A DNA stretch of 63,994 nucleotides, counting the filler, from Bonamia ostreae (lineage: Eukaryota), in the NCBI GenBank assembly GCA_040357525.1. It is 17 parts of 17 records of this genome, joined end to end, with 100 filler letters (N's around TTAATTAATTAA, not from the genome) between each part and the next. Parts side by side here need not be neighbours in the genome. Positions count along the whole stretch, not along the records: positions 1 to 3,706 come from JBDODL010000444.1; positions 3,807 to 7,510 come from JBDODL010000445.1; positions 7,611 to 11,310 come from JBDODL010000446.1; 14 more parts are not named here. The stretch is one strand, 5' to 3'. Positions 1-11,410 of the stretch are shown here, one piece after another; within the stretch, counting starts at the first letter, position 1, and each line of letters starts with the position of its first letter. Below the pieces are notes generated by a model. It was not told where the DNA came from. It did no database searches and saw only the letters and a program-made list of their open reading frames with translations. Made by a program: the position numbers and the translations under genes.

Positions 1-2
1 AA

Positions 3-785
3 ATGGCTGAGAAAAAAGCAAGAACAATGGAAATAGAGCTGAAAAAATTATTATCAGAAACAAACCTTGAATTACAAAAAACAAAAATAGACATAGAAAA
101 AGAGATACGCAGAGCAGAAAAAATGGAAGAAGGCAAAAAAATGGCTGAGAAAAAAGCAAGAACAATGGAAATAGAGCTGAAAAAATTATTATCGGAAAAA
201 GAACAAGAATTAAAAACAGCACATCTAAATAAAGAACAAATGAGAATAGAACTAGAAAAAGAACTAGAAAGAATAAAACTAGCCAAAGAAAAAGTTGAAA
301 GAAGAGCAGAATATGAAGAAAAAACTGCAGAAGAAAAAAACAGAGATGAAGAAACAAAAAGCGATGGTAAAATTAAAAAAGAGCAAAAAGAAAAAATCGA
401 AAGGAAAATAGAAGATATAAACTTATTTTTACAATTAAGATTATTTTTTTCCTTTTTTATAAGTCTGGAATCAGAATTACAGTCTGAAGGATCCAGAAAC
501 CTAAACGAGGAAGCGAAACCAGAGAAAACAAAAGTAGATGATTTTTTGAAAAGTATGGAATTAAAAAATTTACATGTGTGTCGAAGATTAGTCGATCGAT
601 TATTGGAAGAAGTACAAAATTACCAGCGAGAGATGGCTGAAAATGCGGATACGGTTTTCCTCGTTGCATTGGACGACAACGGTGTTGATAAGAAGTGTAA
701 TGAGCAAAATCTTAAGAATTTGAAGGAAACTATTGAAACTGAAATAAATATTAAAACAGAGACTCCAACAAAAATATTTTATTAA
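3..785 (+). CDS. E/K-rich coiled-coil protein, family member A (5' probably truncated at window edge)
   Basis: 260-aa ORF with an internal repeat (MAEKKARTMEIELKKLLSE twice, 138 nt apart); C-terminal region resembles ORF 1291-2349. Confidence 0.65.
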   Translation: MAEKKARTMEIELKKLLSETNLELQKTKIDIEKEIRRAEKMEEGKKMAEKKARTMEIELKKLLSEKEQELKTAHLNKEQMRIELEKELERIKLAKEKVERRAEYEEKTAEEKNRDEETKSDGKIKKEQKEKIERKIEDINLFLQLRLFFSFFISLESELQSEGSRNLNEEAKPEKTKVDDFLKSMELKNLHVCRRLVDRLLEEVQNYQREMAENADTVFLVALDDNGVDKKCNEQNLKNLKETIETEINIKTETPTKIFY

Positions 786-1290
786 ATCAAATCCTTTAAT
801 ATCTTCTTTTCACACGAATATTTTATTAAAATATCAAATATTTTATTTCTATTCGCTTTTTCCATAATCGAAATAAAAAAATTTAAAATCACTAAATTTT
901 TTGAAACTATATTTTAAAACCAAATCTACTTATTCAATTTGAAATTTACAACGAGAATCAAATAAATTTTAACTACTTAAAATATTTAAAAAGAGATGAA
1001 GAAGAATTATAATAACGGAGAGATTTGATTCTATTTGCTAAAACAAATCGGTAAAATCTGAGTTGCTTGACCCTTTTGATTTTAGTTATGGAGGACCATT
1101 TTTGAATAAAAATATAAACTTAAAGAATCTTATTCTAACTACACATTAATAATTAATAAAATTCATTCTATTATAAATTTTTATTATAAATTCTAAAATT
1201 CTATTTGTTTCATAATTGGATTATAAACGTAAAAAATTTAAATTGTCGGTTTATATTCTATAAATTCAACAATATTAACAAAATATAGAA

Positions 1291-2349
1291 ATGTTTAATT
1301 TCAGAAAGAGTAAAAAGAAAAGTGAAAGGGAATCAGAAAAAACAAAAGAGGCAGAAGAAAAAGCGAAGGAACTCATAGAAATGAAAGAAAAACACAGAGT
1401 GGATCATCAAAGATGTAAAGATCTTGAAATTTCGCTAGCAATAGAAAAAGATGAACTAAAAAAAGCTAAAGAAAGCTTTGAACGTTTGAAAGAAAAAATG
1501 GAACAAGATTTAAAAATGGAAGAAGATAAAACGAAAGAAACAATAGAAAAATTAAAAAATGCAGAAGAAAAAGCTTTAAAAACTGAAAACACCCTAAAAA
1601 ATATAAATGAAACATTATTTGTAGCCAAAGAAGATAAAAAAGAATATGAAAAAAAAGCAGAAATAATGGAGAGTAAAATGGCCGAAATCTCAAAAAATCT
1701 GGAAGAAAAAGTCAATGAAAATGATGGATTACTAAAACAAAATGAATCACTAACAAAAACAATGGAACAATTAGAAATAGGCAAGAACGATTTGGAAAAT
1801 AAATTAAAACCTCTAAATGAATCACTAAGAAAAGAAAAGCTACTCAGAGAACGTGCGGAAAGAAGAATGGAAAGTTATCTACCAAAAAGTAAAATGTGTG
1901 ATGTTCAAAATCAACAACAATACCAACTAGGTGAAACGATAATAAATATACAAAGGCTTATAGGTATTTTAAACTCGCAATTATCTTCGAGAGAAATTTA
2001 TGCAAATTATACTCGTCACCTAGAACATCTTAATCCAAATACGACCTTAGAACAAATACTAACTTATCAAGCATCTAAAGAATCACAATTAGAAACTATA
2101 GGATTATGTTCTTGGTATGCAAATCGATTATTGGATAAATTAAATTTGCAACATCAACTGATTAGTGTGCTGAAAATAAAAGATTCAATTTTCAAATTTA
2201 ATGACAATGAAGTATGTAATGAGAGTTATCTTAATACATTGTTGGCAAATATTGTGTATGAAGAGACTGAAGCCCAAGACGTGATTAATAATTTAAGACA
2301 AATGAGGGCAAATATTGAAAGAAAGCCTGAAACAACAATATCCTATTAA
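1291..2349 (+). CDS. E/K-rich coiled-coil protein, family member B
   Basis: 352-aa intronless ATG ORF; C-terminal motifs CSWYANRLL / CNESYLNTL / PETTISY* parallel CRRLVDRLL / CNEQNLKNL / TPTKIFY* of ORF 3-785. Confidence 0.75.
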   Translation: MFNFRKSKKKSERESEKTKEAEEKAKELIEMKEKHRVDHQRCKDLEISLAIEKDELKKAKESFERLKEKMEQDLKMEEDKTKETIEKLKNAEEKALKTENTLKNINETLFVAKEDKKEYEKKAEIMESKMAEISKNLEEKVNENDGLLKQNESLTKTMEQLEIGKNDLENKLKPLNESLRKEKLLRERAERRMESYLPKSKMCDVQNQQQYQLGETIINIQRLIGILNSQLSSREIYANYTRHLEHLNPNTTLEQILTYQASKESQLETIGLCSWYANRLLDKLNLQHQLISVLKIKDSIFKFNDNEVCNESYLNTLLANIVYEETEAQDVINNLRQMRANIERKPETTISY

Positions 2350-2612
2350 ATCAAATCTTTATTTATCGCAATTATGGCATAAAATAAATTTTTTATCACA
2401 AAATCAACAATTAAAATTTTGTGAGAATCAATTTTCAGAATGCAAAAAACATTTTCCATTAACGTAATAAATTTTACCTGTTTTCGTCATTTCTTTGACC
2501 TCTAATTTTCCTATAATTTGTTTAAATATTCTTTCATTTTAGCTAATATTGGTTCTTTTTGCGTTTATTGACGTCTTTATGTTCTACGAAACTATTGAAA
2601 TAAATTGATAAA

Positions 2613-2667
2613 CAGTGGTTCAAATTTGTGTGCGCGCAAGTTCGAATCTCGGTGCTGTCGTTTCCAA
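2613..2667 (+). mobile_element. Truncated tRNA-derived SINE head
   Basis: cagtggttc..tgtgtgc..gcgca..gttcgaatctcggtgctgtcgttt matches the head of the element at 12380 (minus strand); B-box-like GTTCGAATC. Confidence 0.6.
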
Positions 2668-3030
2668 GACAGTTTTTATTTAATCTTTGAACCAAATTTT
2701 TTAAATATGATCTTAAAGAAAAATTAACTAGTCGATAATACTTTTAATCTTGTTTAATGTCATATTGAATTATATTCCCTTTATCTAATGCAGGTTTATA
2801 TTTCATTTCAAATTTCGATTTTAAAATTGTTTAAAAAATTATAATCGATTATTTTTGTTATATTCAATGCAATCATTAATTTTTATGTTTTAAAATTTGT
2901 GGAAATGAATTAATTAAAATTTTATGTTTTAGAAATTATTTCCGATTTTTTTATATGTTTTCACTGAAAATTAAAATATAAATTATCTAATTTAACTAAA
3001 ACTTCCATTTATTTGGTTTAAAAAATTTAA

Positions 3031-3706
3031 ATGGACAAGACAAAAGAACATAAATCTGCTGACGCTGTTGCCACCACTTCCAACACTGATTCTGGCAAAG
3101 ACGAAACCAATTTGGAAGACGTCGAGAAAGAAGTGCTAGCAAAACCAGATTCAGAAGTAGACACCGAAGGGGATAAAATCTCTAAAAGCAAACGTTTAAG
3201 AGAAAAAAAGAAAAAAATTAGCGAAAAGCAAAGTGACCAAATGAAACTTCTAGAAGAAACAAACAAATATTTAAAAGAAAAAAACATACAATTAGAAAAA
3301 ATAGTTGATGATATAATGAAAGAAACACACGAAAAACGAATGGAAATGCAAGAATCTGAGTTTTTTTTAGCAATGACGGCGGAAATAAAACTTACAAAAT
3401 CGAAATTGGAAGAATCAAATAAAAGAGTTACAGAGTTAGAAAAACAATTAAAGAATGCGAAAGAACAATTGAATACTAAAGATGAATTAATTGCCCGTGT
3501 AGAAAGATTTGCAATTGAAAAAATAACCCGTTTAGAAAATCGGGTTGTCGATAAAGAAGCAGAGTTGACTAGTTTGAGAAGAGAACTTGAAAACGAAGAT
3601 ATTTTGGAAACGAATAAAATTGTTGAACTCATAAACTCTTTAAATGAAGAATTGGGAAAGAAAGAAAAATTAAGGAATACAAAAAATGATTTAAATACGG
3701 GCAAAT
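3031..3706 (+). CDS. Coiled-coil hypothetical protein, 3' truncated by linker
   Basis: ATG ORF of ~225 codons, heptad-like E/K/L composition, runs into the gap. Confidence 0.65.
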
Positions 3707-3806
3707 NNNNNNNNNNNNNNNNNNNNNNNNNNNNNNNNNNNNNNNNNNNNTTAATTAATTAANNNNNNNNNNNNNNNNNNNNNNNNNNNNNNNNNNNNNN
3801 NNNNNN
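3707..3806. other. Artificial contig linker (N-run, TTAATTAATTAA, N-run); recurs about every 3.75 kb
   Basis: Identical all-frame-stop palindrome inside N-runs near 3751, 7555, 11355, 15145, 18932, 22718, 26502, 30282, 34057, 37831, 41599, 45357, 49091, 52865, 56616, 60357. Confidence 0.97.
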
Positions 3807-3940
3807 AACCAAAATTTCTTTTAAAGTTTGTACAGTAATGACAAGTTTTATTTTGCTGGTTGACTTTTGAGAGAAAATCACTACGAATTTTCTTAAAAAT
3901 TTTGACACCAAACTAAAAAATTTCATACGCTTAGATCACA

Positions 3941-4576
3941 ATGGATTACCAAGAAAAAGATTATTATCGAGAGAGTTTCTCTCTTTATCTTTCTGGTCCT
4001 CCGGGACCGAATGGATGCCCTGGAGAAGCCGGTCCAGTCGGAGAACCGGGCTTCAAAGGTGTGAAAGGGGAAAGAGGTCGCATGGGCTGCCCCGGACCCA
4101 TTGGGTTTCCCGGCGATCAAGGTCTAGACGGATGCCCTGGTTGCTCAGGAAAACATGGTGAACAAGGAAAAGTTGGACCTTCTGGGCCTTGTGGAATTAG
4201 GGGGCCCATGGGATGTTACGGATCACCGGGAAAGCCTGGACTTGAAGGACCTCCCGGAGCACCAGGAATGACCATGGTGGGTCCTCCTGGTATCAAAGGC
4301 CCTCAAGGACCTCCCGGAGATGCAGGAAAAGATGGACCCGTTGGTCCTCCTGGGCCACCCGGACAGTTGATTCCTGGACCACCAGGACCACCAGGAAATA
4401 TAGGGGAAACTGGACCCGAAGGAATTATAGGGGACAGTGGACCTATCTCGCCTCCACCCCCACCTGGACGTCCTGGACCGCCAGGTCCTCCAGGACCGCC
4501 AGGACCGCCAGGACCTGTTAATGGAACAGATGATACGTCCAAGATTATCAAAGATAAAGTAGCTGTAGTGGTTTGA
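3941..4576 (+). CDS. Collagen triple-helix (Gly-X-Y) protein A
   Basis: About 55 Gly-X-Y triplets in blocks of 31/10/8/6; intronless; no signal peptide. Confidence 0.85.
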   Translation: MDYQEKDYYRESFSLYLSGPPGPNGCPGEAGPVGEPGFKGVKGERGRMGCPGPIGFPGDQGLDGCPGCSGKHGEQGKVGPSGPCGIRGPMGCYGSPGKPGLEGPPGAPGMTMVGPPGIKGPQGPPGDAGKDGPVGPPGPPGQLIPGPPGPPGNIGETGPEGIIGDSGPISPPPPPGRPGPPGPPGPPGPPGPVNGTDDTSKIIKDKVAVVV

Positions 4577-4817
4577 GACACGTGTCTTCATCGCATTTCC
4601 TATTAGTAAATATTTATCGTTAAAATTTTCCTTCCATTAAATTTACTGAAAAGCGCAGTAACATTATTTTTTAAAACTCACTCGACAACAAACAAAATCA
4701 GAATTAGAAAGGAACAATGCGCGTTAAACAAAATTTAAATATTTTTTACGAAAATATAATTTTTTTGTAAAACATTGAAATATAAAAGAAATAATTTATT
4801 GTCAATCAAATATCTGA

Positions 4818-5387
4818 TTATGTTGGTGGTCCGGGAGGTCCTGGTGGTCCCGGAGGTCCGGGGGGACCAGGTGGTCCTGGAATCGGAGGCAATATCGGAG
4901 CCGGAGGCCCTACTGGTCCCGGGGCCCCGATATTTCCAGCTGGACCTTCGGGGCCAGGTTCTCCTGGAAGTCCTTTAGTTTCTGGTCCAGGCAAACCCGT
5001 TTCACCTTTCTTCCCAGGCAGACCCGTCTGACCTTCCGCGCCTATGTGACCCGGGGGACCTACCACTGTAACTCCTCTGGGGCCCGGGGGACCTTTCAAT
5101 CCTTTAACTCCGGGAGGCCCACCTTCCCCCTTTTCTCCCTTTATTCCTTTAGGGCCACAAATACCAGGTTCGCCTTCAGGACCGAGTATTCCGATACATC
5201 CAACTCTGCCAGTTAATCCTTTGCAGCCCTTGCGACCAGCATCTCCAGTGTAGCCGATTTCCCCGGGCGGACCAGTTCTCCCGCGGCAACCAGGTTTGCC
5301 GGGAAGACCTTCAATTCCTGGTTCCCCAGGCGGCCCCGGCAAATAGTATTTGTTAGAATGGTACCTGTGATAATTCTTTTGATCCAT
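4818..5387 (-). CDS. Collagen triple-helix (Gly-X-Y) protein B, paralogue of A
   Basis: About 53 triplets in blocks of 30/9/8/6; N-terminus [21 protein letters not shown] resembles [22 protein letters not shown]. Confidence 0.85.
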   Translation of the reverse strand: MDQKNYHRYHSNKYYLPGPPGEPGIEGLPGKPGCRGRTGPPGEIGYTGDAGRKGCKGLTGRVGCIGILGPEGEPGICGPKGIKGEKGEGGPPGVKGLKGPPGPRGVTVVGPPGHIGAEGQTGLPGKKGETGLPGPETKGLPGEPGPEGPAGNIGAPGPVGPPAPILPPIPGPPGPPGPPGPPGPPGPPT

Positions 5388-5580
5388 TTCTTCGCTAAAA
5401 TCTATTAGCGTTATATGCCATCAGACCAAATTTTTTTCGCCAAGAAAATTACTTTTTGGCTTTACTTTCTGGAGAAATTTTGCTTAAATAATTTGATTGG
5501 ACCAGAAATTTGCAGATAGCTGGCAAGAATTTAAATAGGAATTTTTAAATTAATACTCTCGATAAGAATCCAAAGAAAGT

Positions 5581-5855
5581 AAAAATAATGAAAACAATTG
5601 CAAACGTCAAAATTTGAAGAACGCAAAAATAACAAATTGTAAACGCCAAAATCTGAAGAACGCAAAAATAACAAATTGTAAACGCCAAAATCTGAAGAAC
5701 GCAAAAATNNNNNNNNNNNNNNNNNNNNNNNNNNNNNNNNNNNNNNNNNNNNNNNNNNNNNNNNNNNNNNNNNNNNNNNNNNNNNNNNNNNNNNNNNNNN
5801 NNNNNNNNAACAAATTGTAAACGCCAAAATCTGAAGAACACAAAAATAATGAAAC
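5581..5855. repeat. 39-bp minisatellite spanning an assembly gap
   Basis: Unit aaaataacaaattgtaaacgccaaaatctgaagaacgca, copies at 5641 and 5680, continuing after the N-run. Confidence 0.9.
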
Positions 5856-6069
5856 ATTAAAAATTAAATAATAAAAAGCAGCAAAAAACGAAATTAGGTA
5901 CCATTCCAAATTTGGGAAACAAAATAAGCGGAATATGCTTAACGAAATTTAGTCTTTTCGCGAAACTTATTCAAATTGACCAAGAAACTATTTTACGCAC
6001 AACCGCTAATCAAAAAAGCTAAATTTTAAAGTTTTAAAACTAGGTTTAAAATATTTTCACGAAGCGCGT

Positions 6070-7409
6070 ATGAGCAAAAAAGAACTTCCCAATCTAAACA
6101 TCGTCATCATCGGCCACGTCGACAGCGGGAAATCCACCACGTGCGGACAGCTGATCGCCAATCTTGGCAAAATCGACCAGCGAGTGCTTGACAAGTACGC
6201 CAAAGAAGCCAACGGTTTCGATTCTCACCTTAAGAAATGGGCAAGGGCTCCTTCAAATGGGCCTGGGTGATGGACAACCTCAAGGCCGAGCGCGAGCGAG
6301 GCATCACCATCAACAATTCGCTCAACGAGCTCTTCACCAAGACCAAGAAGATCACCATCATCGACGCACCCGGCCATCGCGACTTCATCAAGAACATGAT
6401 CTCCGGCACCTCGCAGGCCGACGCGGCCATCCTCATGGTCTCCGGCGCGAAGGGGGAGTTCGAAGCAGGAATCAGCGAAAACGGGCAGACCAAAGAACAC
6501 GCCATGCTCGCGCAGACGCTCGGAATCAAAAACTTCGTCGTCTGCATCAACAAGATGGACACCACCATCGGTCTAAAGGGGAAGGAGTTCGACAAAGCCA
6601 GGTTCGAGGAGATCAGAGACTACCTCAGCGACTTCCTCGTGAAGCTCAACTTCGCCAAAGAAAACTTCACATTCGTCCCCATCTCCGGGTTCGACGGCGA
6701 CAACATTGCCGAGAAGTCCACGCGCTGCAGCTGGTACAAAGGGCCTACTCTCGCCGCCATCATGGACGATATCAAGATCCCCAAGCGGCCTATCAAGAAG
6801 GCGCTGCGCCTCCCCATCCAGAGCATCTTCAAGATCGCGGGAATCGGTCTGGTCGCTTCCGGGCGAGTGGAGACGGGCGTCATGACGCCGGGGATGCAGG
6901 TCGTGATCATGCCCCTCAACAAGAAGTCCGAGGTGAAGTCCATCGAGATGCACCACGCGCCGATTCCAAAGGCGTTCCCGGGGGACAACGTGGGCTTCAA
7001 CATCAAGAACGTCGAGTACAAGTCGGTCAAGAAGGGGATGGTGGTGGGCGACGCGAACAACAACCCGCCGAAGGAAGCCAAGTCCTTCACGGCGAGGCTG
7101 CTCGTGCTCAACCACAGCGGGCAGATCAGAGTAGGCTACTCGCCCGTCGTGTTTGTGCACTCTGCTCATGTCACGTGCAAGATCTCGAAGATTCAGCAGT
7201 CGTTCGATAGAAGGACGGGCAAGACAATCGAGGAGAACCCGGATTTCATCAAGAAGGACATGGGCGCCATCGTGGAGTTCACCCCCGAACGCCCTCTCGT
7301 GGTGGAGTCGTTCAAGAAGTTCAGTCCTCTCGGGCGCTTCTCGATCCGAGACAGTAAACTGACCGTCGGTGTCGGTGTGATCATGTCCGTTGACTTTACG
7401 GAGAACTGA
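6070..7409 (+). CDS. EEF1A: Translation elongation factor EF-1alpha (divergent); 20-nt intron 6215-6234
   Basis: [41 protein letters not shown] motifs; removing gtttcgattctcaccttaag restores KEANEMGKGSF. Confidence 0.95.
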
Positions 7410-7664
7410 AAAGTAAACCGGTATTAAAAATCTCCTTTTACAAAATTTTTGTTTCTAGAAAATCTCCTGCTCATAATTAAAATGCGTCTGCTTTAATAGT
7501 GGGAAGTCCTNNNNNNNNNNNNNNNNNNNNNNNNNNNNNNNNNNNNNNNNNNNNTTAATTAATTAANNNNNNNNNNNNNNNNNNNNNNNNNNNNNNNNNN
7601 NNNNNNNNNNTTGAGGAAGACTTTAAGGTTGGTATTCTTAAATGTTTCAAACCTAAAATTTTAG

Positions 7665-8991
7665 GGACGATCCGAAAAAGTCCTGCTTCAAACTTAAAAA
7701 ACTGGTCTGGCAGCAGAGGCGGCTCGATGCATCGGTTGCAGCTTTTGATAGCAGAACATGGCTACAACTTGCTTAGGCCCGGGGGAATAATGGTGTACTC
7801 GACGTGTTCTTTGAACCCGATCGAGGACGAAGCAGTAGTCGCTGCTTTATTGACGCGTTCAAACGGCGAACTCGAATTAATGGACGTCAAGCAAGATTTG
7901 CCGAATTTTAGGACGAGGCCGGGTCTTTCGGAATGGAAAGTGTTCGTTAATGACGAAAAAGAGTTTTCTGACTTTTCGGAAGTGAGCGGAAAGGATAAAA
8001 GTAAAGTCAAAAAAACATATTTTTCGAACAAAAAGTACTCTCAGCTCGCTTTAGAAAAATGTGCGCGAGTTCTACCGCATGACCAAAACACGGGTGGATT
8101 TTTTATCGCAAAATTGCGTAAAAAAATTAAAAATGAATCAAAAAATGACGAAAATGAATCAAAAAATGGCGAAAATGAATCGAAAAATGGCAAAAATGAA
8201 TTAAAAAATGACAAAAATGAATCAAAAAATGGCGAAAATGAATTTTTAATAGACAAAAATGAATCAAAAAATGACGAAAATGAATTTTTAATAGACAAAA
8301 ATGAATCGAAAAATGACAAAAATGAACAAAAAAATGGGCCAAAACCAAAAAGAATAAAAATAAATCCCAAAAATTGCGTATTCAAAACAATAGACGAATC
8401 TTTAAAAGAAGGTTTATCCAAAGAATACGGAATTGCTGATCACAAGATTTTGAAACAATTGTTCTATCGAACTGATTCAAAAGACGATTCTTCAAATCCG
8501 CGGAAAATATATTATCTTCCTTCGAATCTGATAGAATATTTGAAAAGCAACAATTCGAAAATAATTTTAGCTGGAATCTGTCTTTTTGTGAGAGAAAACA
8601 GAAAATCGTTTGACGGCATTTTTAACTATCGATTTCTGCAACAAAGTATCGACTTTTTAGAACCTTTTATTAACAGAAAAGTTTTTACTCTTCAATCTTT
8701 GCAAAATAAAAGAAAATAGAGTGTTCATTCGAAACAATCGAACGCTTTTTAAAGACTGAAAGCAATTTTATAAATTTGACCCAAATCGATTCTGTTTTTA
8801 CGGAAAGAATGGAGAAAGAAATAGCAGGAACTTATCTCTTGAGTTATAAAACTCAGATTAATGGCACGGAAGAAAAGATAAGCGTTGTAGTCTTCTACAA
8901 AAAAACCGGCTTTGAAATGATGGTCGGCAAAAAAGTCTTGCAGCCTTTGCGAAGGAAACTTGAATGGATAGGAAAAAGTAAATCGATTTAG
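7665..8991 (+). CDS. NSUN2: tRNA m5C methyltransferase NSUN2/Trm4, C-terminal part; probable intron 8681-8712
   Basis: GTIRK, GGIMVYSTCSLNPIEDEAVV, RVLPHDQNTGGFFIAKL. Confidence 0.85.
8128..8335 (+). repeat. In-frame ~21-nt coding repeat (KNESKN[D/G]E) inside NSUN2
   Basis: Repeated aaaaatgaatcaaaaaatg(a/g)cg units. Confidence 0.85.
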
Positions 8992-9314
8992 CAATGTTGC
9001 TTTTAATGTGTACATCAACTTAAAATAACAGACGGCATTTCATTTCGAGAGAAGATAAATAAAAAATGCAGATTTTATAGAGAACATATTTTTCGTACAC
9101 AAAAATTACCAATTTAAAATGTTGAACGAAAAATTACGGATAGACTTCTTTTGTGATTCGACGCTTAATCGAAAACTTAAGAGAAAATGATGATAACTCA
9201 ATAAAAGACATTTTGTTTGGAATCATCTCTTATTTTGTTTCTCAAGTAAAAAATCACAATAAAAAGTATGGCCACATTTGCCTTGAAGCTGTTTGGCTAA
9301 CAAAACAAACATAT

Positions 9315-11306
9315 TTACAACAGACAAAAACGTCTCTTCTTGACCCTTTTGAATAGTTTTCGAAGGTCTTTTTCCGAAACAAGAATCTTTCTGTTTTCTT
9401 CGTTAGTCAAATGATAACGAATGTCTCTTTTTTGTAAATAATTTTCGCACATGTGTCGCAACACTCCGTTTCCCGATATCACCTCGAGTTGTTTGAGTTC
9501 GCCTTTTTCTTGAAAGTTCTCGAAAAAAGAGTAAAGCGACGAAGTCAGAGACACTTCAGCCATTTCACACGTCATTCCAAGCAAGTTGAGACCCCAAAAA
9601 CTACCATTAAACAAATTATCTCCGACGAGACCACGCTTTTTGGCCTCGGTGTATATCCACGTAAGCACTACTTGGGAGTGGGACGTTTTTTCCTGGAAAT
9701 AGCCCATTGGAAATTTTCAAACCACTCAGCACAGCGCTTTTTCTCTTCGTTCGGCAGATATTCTAACAAGCCAGCTCTTTTTTTCAACAATCTGGCCATT
9801 CCTTGTACTAAGAACTTGAACTACCAAGTAAAACCTTGCTCCACGGAAGATGCCTCTGGAAAGCACAAAACCACTTCACGGCCAATTTTTCGTTGCTCGA
9901 ATCAATGCAACCGTTGATCAACGAAGAGAACGAATATTTGTTAAGGCTAAAGCCCCAGGTAATCCCGTCTTTCAGTATCTGCACCAATTTGACCACATCC
10001 CCTTTCCTGCCACATGCTTCAAGCAGTAAATTAAAAGTCCAACTATTTGGTTTCAAACCTTGTTGTTAAAAAAATTACCCGGCGTCTTAAACTTGTCCCA
10101 ATGCTCCAACAACAAGTTGTGTTTGTTGAATTTGAGGCAATTAATAAAAAAAGCGTTGAGCAAAGGGCATTCCACAGGCAATTTTAGTTTCTTCGCAAAT
10201 TCCATCGTCTCTACTGCTTCGTTCAGCCAGTGTTCTCTCTGGCAAATTTTTACAATTGATGTAATTATTTGGATATTCGGAAGCACACCGTTTTTTATCA
10301 TCTTTGAAATATTATCAGTACGAAGATGTATAATTTGTTACGTGTTGCCATCAAGATTTCAACCAAAATTTAAAAACCTCTTTAAAGTATCCAAAAGCAT
10401 CTTTAGGGAAATCAGACTTTGAAGCAGCAGAAATAATGTGACCATACGAATATGTGTCTGGCTTCATTCCCGATTTAGCAATTTCCCGGAACCACTTTTT
10501 CGCTCTATCGAAACAGTGTGAAGAACTTGATGCGTTTATGAGACTGTTCAAAGTGCCCAGATCGGGTTTAAAAAGGGATCGATCCATCCCGAAATAACAA
10601 TTCTCAGCCTTTTCAATGTCGCCCGCGACAGCAAAGACGTTTATATACGAATTAACAACCACAGTATTGGGCACTAGTTTTCTCACTGACATTTCTTTCC
10701 ACAGATTCTCCGCTATTGCAGTCGCTGGAGGGTTTAGCTCTGCACACGCTTTGAACATAGTGCTGAAGAGAATATTGTCGGGCTAATTTAAATAAATTTG
10801 AACCTTTTTTCCATCTTGAAGCAATCGTTCAAACTCGTCCACCAACTTTCTAAACCCATTGTGCCCTTCATTCAAAGAATTCTTTACCCTCGAAGTGAAT
10901 TCAATAATTGCTTGGCGATCACTTCCGGGCGCTATTTTTTAATTGGTATCAAACTGTACAACGAATTGATATCTCGAGAAATTTTTAATTCGTTGTCGAT
11001 TTGGTTCAATATCTCGGACGCCATCTGCATCTCTTCTGTATTTTCAGTCATTTCGATTTCGACTCGAGGTTTACCTGCCGACACCGAAACGTTCCGATTT
11101 CTAAAACCTGTTTTTTCTGGATCTTTCTTGAAGTAATTTGTTTCTTCATCATTTTTGCCGCTTTTCGTTACTGACACAACAGCAAAATTTTGTTTGCCGA
11201 TAAATGTTCCACAATTGGCGCATTCTTTATTGTTACAATTGCATTCATTGAATTCCGAGTAGCTGTCAGTTTCTGAAGTGCCTTCTTCTTCAAATAACAT
11301 CTGCAT
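9315..11306 (-). CDS. Pentatricopeptide-repeat protein with probable C-terminal SMR-like domain (multi-exon)
   Basis: PPR-like motifs PDNILFSTMFKAC, PNTVVVNSYINVF, PDLGTLNSLINAS, PDTYSYGHIISAA, PNSWTFNLLLEAC; C-terminal LNLLGM..LEVISGNG; introns 10932-10954, 10783-10803, 10302-10377, 10059-10078; last junction unresolved. Confidence 0.75.
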
Positions 11307-11410
11307 ATTGNNNNNNNNNNNNNNNNNNNNNNNNNNNNNNNNNNNNNNNNNNNNTTAATTAATTAANNNNNNNNNNNNNNNNNNNNNNNNNNNNNNNNNN
11401 NNNNNNNNNN

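Noticed and set aside
3751-3762. Regularly spaced TTAATTAATTAA palindromes suggesting an array or excision signal
   Set aside because: Always centred in N-runs totalling 100 nt; an all-frame-stop concatenation linker
6211-6240. Apparent programmed frameshift in EF1A (similar breaks in RPN8 and others)
   Set aside because: Fully explained by short GT-AG introns
6164-7210. Long alternative-frame and antisense ORFs over EF1A, the collagens and RPN8
   Set aside because: By-products of GC3 bias or repetitive codons that remove off-frame stops
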